DNA of 64,000 bases from Polyangiales bacterium. Lineage in GTDB: Bacteria > Myxococcota_A > Polyangia > Polyangiales > Houyiibacteriaceae. Position numbers and translations under genes: made by a program. The DNA is taken from NCBI GenBank assembly GCA_045106895.1, contig JBGCFM010000074.1, positions 1 through 64,000 of the forward strand. Reading direction: 5' to 3'. Shown here one piece after another: positions 1 to 8,122 of the stretch (positions are counted from its first letter, which is position 1; each line of letters starts with the position of its first letter). The notes under the pieces were generated by a model that worked only from the letters and a program-made list of their open reading frames with translations, did not search any database and was not told the origin of the DNA.

Positions 1-10
1 CGACGGCGGT

Positions 11-979
11 CTAGCGCCAGGCTTCGTAGACCTTGAAGCGCTTGTCTTCGAAACGCTTGGCGACCTGGTCACCGAAGTTCTCTTTGAGCCAGCCTTCGTA
101 AGGCAGGAAGTGGTTGGCGACGAGCCAGAAGCGGCCGCCGGGGTTGAGGGCTTTCGGCACGTCACGGAGGAAGCGCTCCGTCGTGTCGTACTCCGTCTGG
201 ACGCCTTGGTGAAACGGCGGGTTCGTGACGATGATGTCGTAGGTCCGTCCGGCGACAACGCCGTCGGCGGCGATGCACTCCACCTCCGCTTCGGCGCCAC
301 GGGCGGTCTCCTTCGACGCGGCGAGGGAGAGGTGGTCAATGTCGCTGAGGGTCACGGACAGCGCAGGCTCTTTGCGTTTGGCCCAAACCCCGATGACGCC
401 GCAGCCGCAAGCGAGATCCAAGAGCGCGCCCTCCTCGGGCACTTCAAGAACTTCGAGGAGTCGCTGCGTTCCTTCGTCGAGGCGTCCTTCGGAGAACGTA
501 CCGGGGAAGCCGTAGATATCGAAGCCGAGCTCAAGCCGGCTCTGGGTCTTCCAGTCTGCCATCTCCACGGCGCCGCTCGTCGCGCCTTGAGCTGTCAGCA
601 GTTGGCAGTGGTTGCCTACGCTCCGAACATGCACGTTCTTGAAGTAGCGCCGGAGCGCTTTGCGCGCCGCTTTGATGCCGGCGCTTCGCTCACCCACGAC
701 GGCCAGCGTTCCACTCTCCCCAAGTCGCTCCGCGGCGAGCGCAAACGCGTAGTCCCGGCGACGCTTGCCCTTGGGCAGGTACAGAAGAATGCGCTCTTCG
801 TCGCCCGGCGAGGGCGCGACGCCACACTCCGCGCCGGACTGTTCGAGGAACGAGAAGAAACGCGCGGCGCCGCCAAGAGGCGGCATGTCTGCCGAAGGGG
901 CGCCGATGATGAGCGCTCCGTCGATGAATCCGTCAACGCCCAAAGCGAGCTGCGTAGGAGCGCTTGGCCCGTTATCCAT
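11..979 (-). CDS. rsmC: 16S rRNA m2G1207 methyltransferase RsmC-like (class I SAM MTase)
   Basis: GTFSEGRLDEGT, LLDLACGCGVIG (SAM motif I), DIIVTNPPFHQG, VANHFLPY; two-domain RsmC layout with GERSAGIK in the N-domain. Confidence 0.85.
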   Translation of the reverse strand: MDNGPSAPTQLALGVDGFIDGALIIGAPSADMPPLGGAARFFSFLEQSGAECGVAPSPGDEERILLYLPKGKRRRDYAFALAAERLGESGTLAVVGERSAGIKAARKALRRYFKNVHVRSVGNHCQLLTAQGATSGAVEMADWKTQSRLELGFDIYGFPGTFSEGRLDEGTQRLLEVLEVPEEGALLDLACGCGVIGVWAKRKEPALSVTLSDIDHLSLAASKETARGAEAEVECIAADGVVAGRTYDIIVTNPPFHQGVQTEYDTTERFLRDVPKALNPGGRFWLVANHFLPYEGWLKENFGDQVAKRFEDKRFKVYEAWR

Positions 980-2138
980 GGCGAGCGAGGAAGTAGATGA
1001 TGAGAGCGAAAACGCTCACCATGCTGGCGGTCTCGAGCCAGTTCACCTTGCCGTCGTCCTGCACGGCCTTCCAGAGGATGAGCATCGTCGGGAAAGACAT
1101 GAGAACGACGGACGCGGTCTCGAGGTCGATGGGAAGAACGCCGCCGTACTCGAGGGGCGGCACGATTCCCAACTGAGCGAAGACAGCGATCTGAATAAGC
1201 GCGATGGGAAGCACCACGAAGGGCACCTGATTGATCTGCCCCGAAGCGCCGGCGAGGGCGATGTCGACCATGCCTTTTCGGTGCGCCGTGACGATCATGG
1301 CGAGGGCGCCGGCGGCGGCGAAGACGCTGAGGATGAGCGCGCCGACCATCTCGGAGTAGCCCGCGTCGTTGAGGGCTTCGACGAGAATGTCCGCGAAGTC
1401 GCCGACGGCGTGTCCACCGAGAACCGAGGCCAGAATGCCGAGGAGGCCGAAGCCCACGATGGAGCTGATGCTCGGCGGCGGCTCCTTGTCCGGCACCGCG
1501 GACTCGTCGGGCTCTTTCTCGCCACTGAATCGTTTGACGAGCTGCTGGACGGCGATGATCTCAACGAAGAGAAGAAGGCCGCCCAGGACGTAGAGGTCAA
1601 CAACGCCGAGGCCGTCGCCGCGATGGTCGCCGGCGTCGAAGACGTTCATGAGCAACATCAGCAAACCGGTGCTCAAGAAGATGCCCGCGGCGGCTGCGTA
1701 GAGGTCCGTGCTGATCTTCACGAGCGCTTCGGGCAAGCGCGCTTGTCCGCTGTCGTCGCGAGGGAGAAGTCCCGAGTAGATTCCGAAAGCGAGGGCGCCC
1801 ACGTGAAGAGTGAGCATGACGACGATGAAGCCAACGCGGGGCGCCTTCGCGAGGACGAAGCCCAGCATGACGACTTCCGGGACGTTGCTCGCGAGCCCCG
1901 CCATGGTACCGGCGACGAACTGGTTCCAGCCGAGACGCTTTCCAATGCGCTCGACGGACTTGATCATCGACTCGCAGGAACCAAAGACCGTCGCGAGCCC
2001 GCCGACGGCAAGCAATGACGCCCGCAACCAGAGGATGTGTACGCCCGCCGCCTCAAGACCAAACGCGACGGCGAGAAGCAATGCCCCGCCTACGAGTAGC
2101 TTGATCCAGGAATTTCCTTCTCCGCCGCCAGCTGCCAT
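972..2138 (-). CDS. Ca2+/cation antiporter (CaCA) family membrane protein
   Basis: ~10 hydrophobic segments in two halves; alpha-repeat-like GLASNVPE and AGASGQINQ. Start at ATG 2138 is uncertain; stop overlaps the rsmC start. Confidence 0.6.
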   Translation of the reverse strand: MAAGGGEGNSWIKLLVGGALLLAVAFGLEAAGVHILWLRASLLAVGGLATVFGSCESMIKSVERIGKRLGWNQFVAGTMAGLASNVPEVVMLGFVLAKAPRVGFIVVMLTLHVGALAFGIYSGLLPRDDSGQARLPEALVKISTDLYAAAAGIFLSTGLLMLLMNVFDAGDHRGDGLGVVDLYVLGGLLLFVEIIAVQQLVKRFSGEKEPDESAVPDKEPPPSISSIVGFGLLGILASVLGGHAVGDFADILVEALNDAGYSEMVGALILSVFAAAGALAMIVTAHRKGMVDIALAGASGQINQVPFVVLPIALIQIAVFAQLGIVPPLEYGGVLPIDLETASVVLMSFPTMLILWKAVQDDGKVNWLETASMVSVFALIIYFLARHG

Positions 2139-2228
2139 GGGCGGAGTGATCGCACATGGGCGCGCGGAAGGCGAGCTATTGGCCAATGAGCCGAGGCGCC
2201 CCGTACATCGTGTTCTTCGCGGAAGAAC

Positions 2229-2903
2229 CTAGGAGCCGGGGTAGACGTAACTCCAGCGAAAGAAGAAGAACGTCACGGACTGAACGGCAATGAGACATGC
2301 GGCGGCGGACAGGCCGCCAAGGACAAAGAGCGCGGCGCGCCGGCGGGATGCGGCGACGAGCTCTTCGCGTGTGCCCGCCACGGCGCGAAAACGAGTGGCG
2401 TCACCGTCCACTCGGTATCCGCTGGTGGCGGCGCTGCGTTCAAGCCAGGCCACGACGTCTCCCTGGACTCGAAGCTCCGTGCGTCCGTGGCCCCCATCGA
2501 GGAACTCGATGTGGCCGTGTCCATCGCTACGCCCCGCGCGCCCCTTGATGACTCGGCGGAGCGTAAACCAGGGAAGCGTCGAGGCGGCGAAGAGACCCAA
2601 CGCGATGGCGAGCATCAAGGGACCACCGACGCCGCCGCCGATGAGGGCCGCGCCGAAGAATACGAAGAGCGCCCCGAGTCCCGAGAATGCGAGTAGGAGC
2701 GAGAGCATCCACTCGATGCCCCAAAGCCGTGGCGCGACCCACGCGGAGCAAAAAGCGGCGGTGATGATGGTGGAGGCCACGCCGACCCACATCGGCGCCG
2801 ACACACGCTCCGGCGTGTAAAAACTGAACTCGAAGAAGTACTGCACGAAGACGATTCCAGCCGCGGCGCCGATGATGCCGAAAAACAGCTGTACGAGTCG
2901 CAT
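2229..2903 (-). CDS. hypothetical membrane protein (4-5 TM)
   Basis: 3' part of ORF 2229..3854 from MRLVQLFF. The upstream part is antisense shadow of the 3045 gene. Confidence 0.55.
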   Translation of the reverse strand: MRLVQLFFGIIGAAAGIVFVQYFFEFSFYTPERVSAPMWVGVASTIITAAFCSAWVAPRLWGIEWMLSLLLAFSGLGALFVFFGAALIGGGVGGPLMLAIALGLFAASTLPWFTLRRVIKGRAGRSDGHGHIEFLDGGHGRTELRVQGDVVAWLERSAATSGYRVDGDATRFRAVAGTREELVAASRRRAALFVLGGLSAAACLIAVQSVTFFFFRWSYVYPGS

Positions 2904-3044
2904 CGTTTTGCCTTCGTTCACCCTCTTATTATAGCGCCAGACACGAGATTGGCACAGAGGCGGCCTGTATTTGAGCAGGCGCAAACGCGAGTGTTGGACT
3001 ACGGTGGCGGCCTGTTGGCTCAGAATGAGCTTTTGGAGGTCCGC

Positions 3045-4265
3045 ATGCTGAAACGTCTGTCTATTTCTATTCTTCTCTCCCTGGCATTCGCCGGCTGTGC
3101 CGACACCGCCGCCGGCAAAGGCGAAGAGGATGCGCTTCCCGTCGATGGCGCGGCAGACAGTTTCCGAAGCCCGACGGAGCACGGCAACCTTCCCTTTGGC
3201 ATTCGCGCAAACGCGGAGCTCGGCTCCGACTCGCGCTTTCATGCCTGGGAGTTCTCTCTGTCCGGTGAATCCAGCGTGGACATCGTGGTGGCGTCGGAGA
3301 ATCCAAACCTGGACACCGTCGCCTACCTCTACCACCGTGAAAACGAGGACGAGAACTGGGGCCGCTACATCGAGCGTAACGACGACGCGAGCGACAGCGT
3401 GTTGACGTCCCGCATCAACGGAGATCGAGACGCTGGCCAGTACCGGCTCATCGTCAAGGGCTTCAAGGCCGCGCACGTCGGCCCCTTCTCGGTGCGAGCC
3501 GACTGCAGCGGCCTTTGCGGCGACGGTCCAGTAGACATCGAGTTCCCTGCGATCACCGGCTTCGGCGAAGACTGCGCCTACCAGATTCAGGACGTCTTCC
3601 GCGCCGAGAGCTTCGACACGAGCGGCTTCAGCGTCAACCTTGGCGATGTCGACACCCTCGACGCCAACCTTCGAGTTGCCGTAGGCCTCTACGAGAACGA
3701 CTTCGGCGATGAGTTCGACGACTACGATGTCGAGAGCCTCGATGTCAGCGTTCAGCGTGCCGACTCCGGCGAGATCGTCTCCGTGGAGATCCCCGGCGCT
3801 GACGAAGCCACCATCTACTACGTCTTCGACGACCGCGGCCAGCTCCTCGTGCACTACTGGTCGAACCAGTCGCCCATCGTTGAGTTCTACTGCAACGAAG
3901 ACGGTACAAGCGCTCCTGAGCCCGACGCCGAGTGCGTCTCAGCCCTGCTCTTCTACGGCGAGAGCGAAGCCACCGACGACACCATGGCGGCGAGCTACAC
4001 CTACGAGGTAGACGGCACGAACGACCTTCCTGAGCTCGTCACCGCCGCCGCTGAGTACTTTGCCTTCACGGTTCTCGGCCGCCACGACGAGCTCGACACC
4101 ATCAGCCTTGAGGTTGAGTACTGGGGAGGTGGCGCCCGCGTCATCGCCGGCGAAATCACGTATGGCGCCGCCGAGATCTGGGTCATCGAGGACTACATCG
4201 TCTTCTCGAGCTACGAGAACGACGACGTCCAGTCGACGATGGTCTGTGAGCGCGTCGACTTCTAG
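3045..4265 (+). CDS. acidic lipoprotein with PPC-like (pre-peptidase C-terminal) domain
   Basis: GGAGG RBS at ~3035; lipobox FAGC; DTVAYLY...NDD...GQYRLIV pattern; very D/E-rich. Confidence 0.65.
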   Translation: MLKRLSISILLSLAFAGCADTAAGKGEEDALPVDGAADSFRSPTEHGNLPFGIRANAELGSDSRFHAWEFSLSGESSVDIVVASENPNLDTVAYLYHRENEDENWGRYIERNDDASDSVLTSRINGDRDAGQYRLIVKGFKAAHVGPFSVRADCSGLCGDGPVDIEFPAITGFGEDCAYQIQDVFRAESFDTSGFSVNLGDVDTLDANLRVAVGLYENDFGDEFDDYDVESLDVSVQRADSGEIVSVEIPGADEATIYYVFDDRGQLLVHYWSNQSPIVEFYCNEDGTSAPEPDAECVSALLFYGESEATDDTMAASYTYEVDGTNDLPELVTAAAEYFAFTVLGRHDELDTISLEVEYWGGGARVIAGEITYGAAEIWVIEDYIVFSSYENDDVQSTMVCERVDF

Positions 4266-4287
4266 TCGGCTCCGCTTTGCGAGTTCA

Positions 4288-4315
4288 AAGGCGTGCCCAC
4301 CCGGCGCGCCTTTTC
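4288..4315 (+). terminator. probable intrinsic terminator
   Basis: ggcgtgcc...ggcgcgcc stem followed by tttt, between convergent genes. Confidence 0.45.
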
Positions 4316-4334
4316 TCGTTAAAGCGCTGGACTG

Positions 4335-4367
4335 AGGAAGGGCTCAGGAAGGGCTCAGGAAGGACTC
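4335..4367. repeat. 11-bp tandem repeat x3 (aggaagggctc) spanning the hslO stop codon
   Basis: aggaagggctc aggaagggctc aggaaggactc read directly. Confidence 0.8.
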
Positions 4368-5212
4368 GCGAGACCCCGCAACACCGCCAACTCCACTCGG
4401 TACTCGGTGTTGCACCAGTCGCAATTCATATCGAGGGGGATGCCGTCAGCGATGAGACCACGGATATCGTCGCGGCTCATCGTCGAGAGCGTCGCCATGA
4501 TTCGCGGGCGCGAGCACTCGCACCCCGGCCGCAGGGGAGAGTCACCAAGAGGCGTGTGCTTCATGCCCCAGAGAAGCTCATTCATCAGGTCCTGGGGGTC
4601 GGCGTCGGTCTTGAGGAGGCGCGGGCCAAGGTCTTTGAAGTCATCTTCGAGGCGCTGAGCCATCAAACGTACGGGCCCGACTCGGTCCGGAGCTTCGGGA
4701 AGCAACTGAACGAGGTAACCCCCCGCGCTCACCACTTCGCCCGCGTCATCGAAGACCGTGGCGACTCGAACCATCGTCACAATCTGCTCAGAAAGCTGCA
4801 TGTAGCGCATGACGCCTTCGTTGATGTCGCCGCTGGGAAGCTCGACGACGCCCTGGTGGAGCTTTCCGCCGGGCAGCGCACGGGTCATCTGCAGGAGAGC
4901 TCCGGGACCCAGGTCAAGGGCGTCTTCGCCCTTCGGGAGCTGCGCGAGAACACGGGACCAGCCTTCTGGGCTTGAGTCCGCGATGAGCGTCCCCGTCTCA
5001 TTGTTGCCCTTGATGAAGCACTGCACGCGCAAAGTTGGCGCCATTGTCTCTCGATAGAGAATAGCCGCTGACAGCAACTCGCTGAGGGCGCCACGCACGC
5101 TGGCGGGCGCTGCCTGCGCTCCAAGGGCTCCTTTTACGGTGTCCGTCGACCGCAACGTCATAACGCGCAGTGCTCCGTCATCAGTCATGGCCCGCAATAT
5201 CCGGTCGCTCAT
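4355..5212 (-). CDS. hslO: Hsp33 redox-regulated chaperone
   Basis: SAGGYLVQLLP and C-terminal zinc switch CECS...CDWCNTEY. Confidence 0.9.
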   Translation of the reverse strand: MSDRILRAMTDDGALRVMTLRSTDTVKGALGAQAAPASVRGALSELLSAAILYRETMAPTLRVQCFIKGNNETGTLIADSSPEGWSRVLAQLPKGEDALDLGPGALLQMTRALPGGKLHQGVVELPSGDINEGVMRYMQLSEQIVTMVRVATVFDDAGEVVSAGGYLVQLLPEAPDRVGPVRLMAQRLEDDFKDLGPRLLKTDADPQDLMNELLWGMKHTPLGDSPLRPGCECSRPRIMATLSTMSRDDIRGLIADGIPLDMNCDWCNTEYRVELAVLRGLASPS

Positions 5213-5333
5213 ACCCCTTTGAAGCGCAGGCGCGGGCGAAGAGCAAGCGGAAGAGCAAGCGAGCGCGACACTTTTTCTATATAGTCCGCCCGCGCGGGCG
5301 AAAAACTATCCCCGCCGCAACGAAAGGCCGACT

Positions 5334-6359
5334 GTGACTACGCATCAAATCGTTCTCATTCCTGGAGATGGCATCGGACCCGAGGTGGCCAACGCCGTCC
5401 AGACGATCTTGAAGGCCGCTGACGCCCCCATCGAGTGGCACACGCACCAAGCGGGCGTCGCCGCGATGTCAACGGACGGCGAGGTCCTTCCCGACGCGAC
5501 CGTCGAAGCGTGCAAGGAGCACAAGGTCGCCCTTAAGGGCCCCTGCACCACGCCCGTCGGAAAGGGCTTTCGCTCCGTCAACGTGACGCTGCGCCGCGTC
5601 CTGGACCTCTACGTCGCCGTGCGACCCGTCAAATCGATCCCCGGCATCAAGACCCGCTTCGAGAACGTCGACATCGTCGTCCTCCGAGAGAACACCGAGG
5701 GCCTCTACAGCGGCATCGAGAATGAAGTGACGCCGGGCGTCGTGACGAGCCTCAAGGTCGTCACGGAGCGCGCCTGCACGCGCTTCGCCAACTGGGGTTT
5801 CAACTACTGCCACGAGAACGGTCGCAAGCGCCTGACGGCGATGCACAAGGCCAACATCATGAAGCTTGGCGACGGCCTCTTCGTGCGCTCGGCGCGAGAC
5901 GTACGGGACAAGCTTGCCTTCGACGATGTGACCTACGACGAGCTCATCATCGACGCAGGCTGCATGCGCCTCGTCCAGGAGCCGAGCAACTTCGACGTGC
6001 TCCTCCTCCAGAACCTGAACGGCGATGTGCTCTCCGACCTCTGCGCTGGTTTCATCGGAGGCCTCGGCGTCGCGCCGGGTGCGAACATCGGCGATGACTG
6101 CGCTATCTTCGAAGCGGTCCACGGCTCTGCGCCGGACATCGCTGGCAAGGGCATCGCCAACCCGCTCTCGCTCCTGATGAGCAGCATCATGATGCTTCGC
6201 CACCTCGAGAAACAGAACGGCGACGCACGCTGCGGCAAGATCGCAGACAAGGTCGACCACGCTTACAACCAGGCACTCCTCGACGGCAAGAAGACCGGCG
6301 ACTTGGGCGGCGACTTGAACACCGAGAAGTTCGTGCAGGCGGTGGTGGAGCGCTTGTGA
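5334..6359 (+). CDS. isocitrate/isopropylmalate dehydrogenase family (NAD-IDH-like)
   Basis: IPGDGIGPEV, RENTEGLY, HKANIMK, FEAVHGSAPDIAGKGIANP. Confidence 0.9.
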   Translation: MTTHQIVLIPGDGIGPEVANAVQTILKAADAPIEWHTHQAGVAAMSTDGEVLPDATVEACKEHKVALKGPCTTPVGKGFRSVNVTLRRVLDLYVAVRPVKSIPGIKTRFENVDIVVLRENTEGLYSGIENEVTPGVVTSLKVVTERACTRFANWGFNYCHENGRKRLTAMHKANIMKLGDGLFVRSARDVRDKLAFDDVTYDELIIDAGCMRLVQEPSNFDVLLLQNLNGDVLSDLCAGFIGGLGVAPGANIGDDCAIFEAVHGSAPDIAGKGIANPLSLLMSSIMMLRHLEKQNGDARCGKIADKVDHAYNQALLDGKKTGDLGGDLNTEKFVQAVVERL

Positions 6360-6868
6360 CGCGTCTGCTCCTGGCGAGCGTCGTCATGCTCATGGCATGT
6401 GGCGCTCGCACTGAGCTTGATCCACTTGGCTCGGACGCAGGACCCACCCCAGACGCGCCGGCCGCCGACATTGGGCCGGTGGGCCCTGGACTGACGGTGG
6501 CTCTCTTCAGCGGAGACACCGCCGCGGATGGAACCTCTTGGGGTCGCCCTTTCTCTTGCGGCGACACCGGAGGCGATGGGTACCCCTACAGCGTGGTCAC
6601 CTTCGACAACCCGACGCGCGCGGATCTTCGCGTAGAAGTCTTGGTCGACTGGGAGGGCTTCGACGGGTTCCTTCACGTCTACGAGAGTCCATTCGACCCT
6701 GCACGCGTCAACGTGGGCTGCCTCGGCTCCAACGACGACTTCGAGGGGACGGCGCGAAGCCGGGTCCAGGACATCACGGTTCGTGCCGGACAGTCCATCG
6801 ACCTTGTTCTATCGAGTTGGGCAGCCGGCTCGTCAGGTCGCTACGACGCCTTCGTCGTCACGCAATAG
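6356..6868 (+). CDS. small lipoprotein with PPC-like beta domain
   Basis: lipobox LMAC; GTGA overlap with the upstream stop; DGFLHVY...NDD motif. Confidence 0.65.
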   Translation: MTRLLLASVVMLMACGARTELDPLGSDAGPTPDAPAADIGPVGPGLTVALFSGDTAADGTSWGRPFSCGDTGGDGYPYSVVTFDNPTRADLRVEVLVDWEGFDGFLHVYESPFDPARVNVGCLGSNDDFEGTARSRVQDITVRAGQSIDLVLSSWAAGSSGRYDAFVVTQ

Positions 6869-6880
6869 CGCCGAGGATTT

Positions 6881-8089
6881 CTACTCGGCGGAACAAGGAA
6901 GGCGCTCCGGCGCCCACAGGAAGTCGTCCACCAAGATGCTCACTCGGCCGTCGGATGCGATGGAACGAGGCCCGAAGAAGACCGTGTCCCATTGAGCGCG
7001 CTCTGGCACTTCTTGCGCCAGGAAATCAACCTCGTTCACGTACACACGCATGACTTGCTGTCCCTCCTGTTCCGCGAACTCGAGTTCTAGGCAGAACCAC
7101 TCATCGGTTGGGTAGCGCTCCGCCGAGTCCTCTTCTTCGGGCGGACCGTCCGCCGCGATAGCTCCCTGAATGGTGCGCCCGGAAAGCAGATTTGCCGTCA
7201 TATAAGCGTTCGGCGGGCTCGAGTCGTTCAGCGCGAAGAGGTTCATGTAGAAAATTCGCGCCGCGTCGCCGCTGTCTACTCGGACCTTCATGCGTGCCCA
7301 CATGACGCCGCCAGTGTGGGGCCCAAGGTCACGTCGAATCAGCGCGAAGGACTCGCCATCATCGCCTCCAACGCGTGCCGCCGCCCCGGTCACCCCCGCG
7401 CCGGGCTGCAACCCACCACTTCCCGTCGGAGGGTCCTCCACAAGCCACCCGCCGGACTCAAGGGGCGACTCAAAGTCGAGGCACGCGTAGGCACCGTCTC
7501 CGTGGCGGGAGCAGAAAGTTCCTTCCATGCCTGCATCGACGCCGCCGTCCTCGCCGACGTCCGGCGTGTTGGCATCCAGCACGTCGGAGCTCGCGTCGCG
7601 AAGAACGTCCGCATCGACGCTCGTGTCGAGCGTCGCGTCACTTGGCGCGTCGCCGCCGCCGTCGAAGGAGACGACATCGCCGGCAATGCACTCGCCAGCG
7701 GTACAGCTCTCGGCGGGAGCGCAGCGGCGACCCGTCGCTTCGATAAGCAGGACGGAGAGCGGCGTGCTTCCGCCGGCCTCGACGCGAACACTCCGGCAAG
7801 CGGCGGCGACGAGCTCACAGTCGTCGTTCCAGGCGCGCGCGAGCAGTCCGTACTCACCGGGCTCCACTTCTCCGATGCTGGGTGCCGTTTCGTCGACCCC
7901 GAACTCCACTTCGGCGATGACTCCTTGAAGGTCTCCTTCGAGTGTTCCTTGCGGGCAGTTTTGCACGAGGTACACGCCAACCCGTGTGGCCTGGTCTCTT
8001 AGTGACTGCTCGAACTGAACGCGCACGGGATGTTCACTCGCGCACGACCATGTGGCGGCTGACACCAAGAGGAGAGTTACGAGGCGCAC
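6881..8089 (-). CDS. lipoprotein with Cys-containing N-domain, acidic D/A linker and C-terminal jelly-roll/LamG-like domain
   Basis: signal peptide ending in SC; DGGxD-type linker; WFCLELEF...RVYVN...DDF pattern. Confidence 0.6.
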   Translation of the reverse strand: MRLVTLLLVSAATWSCASEHPVRVQFEQSLRDQATRVGVYLVQNCPQGTLEGDLQGVIAEVEFGVDETAPSIGEVEPGEYGLLARAWNDDCELVAAACRSVRVEAGGSTPLSVLLIEATGRRCAPAESCTAGECIAGDVVSFDGGGDAPSDATLDTSVDADVLRDASSDVLDANTPDVGEDGGVDAGMEGTFCSRHGDGAYACLDFESPLESGGWLVEDPPTGSGGLQPGAGVTGAAARVGGDDGESFALIRRDLGPHTGGVMWARMKVRVDSGDAARIFYMNLFALNDSSPPNAYMTANLLSGRTIQGAIAADGPPEEEDSAERYPTDEWFCLELEFAEQEGQQVMRVYVNEVDFLAQEVPERAQWDTVFFGPRSIASDGRVSILVDDFLWAPERLPCSAE

Positions 8090-8122
8090 GCTGCCAGGAT
8101 AGCACGCGCCAGAGGGCCCGTG

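Noticed and set aside
765..2018. Long antisense or alternative-frame ORFs (also 2904-3854, 31970-32974, 47068-48270, 56110-57312 and many others)
   Set aside because: They are shadow ORFs of well-supported genes in high-GC DNA and carry no recognisable motifs.
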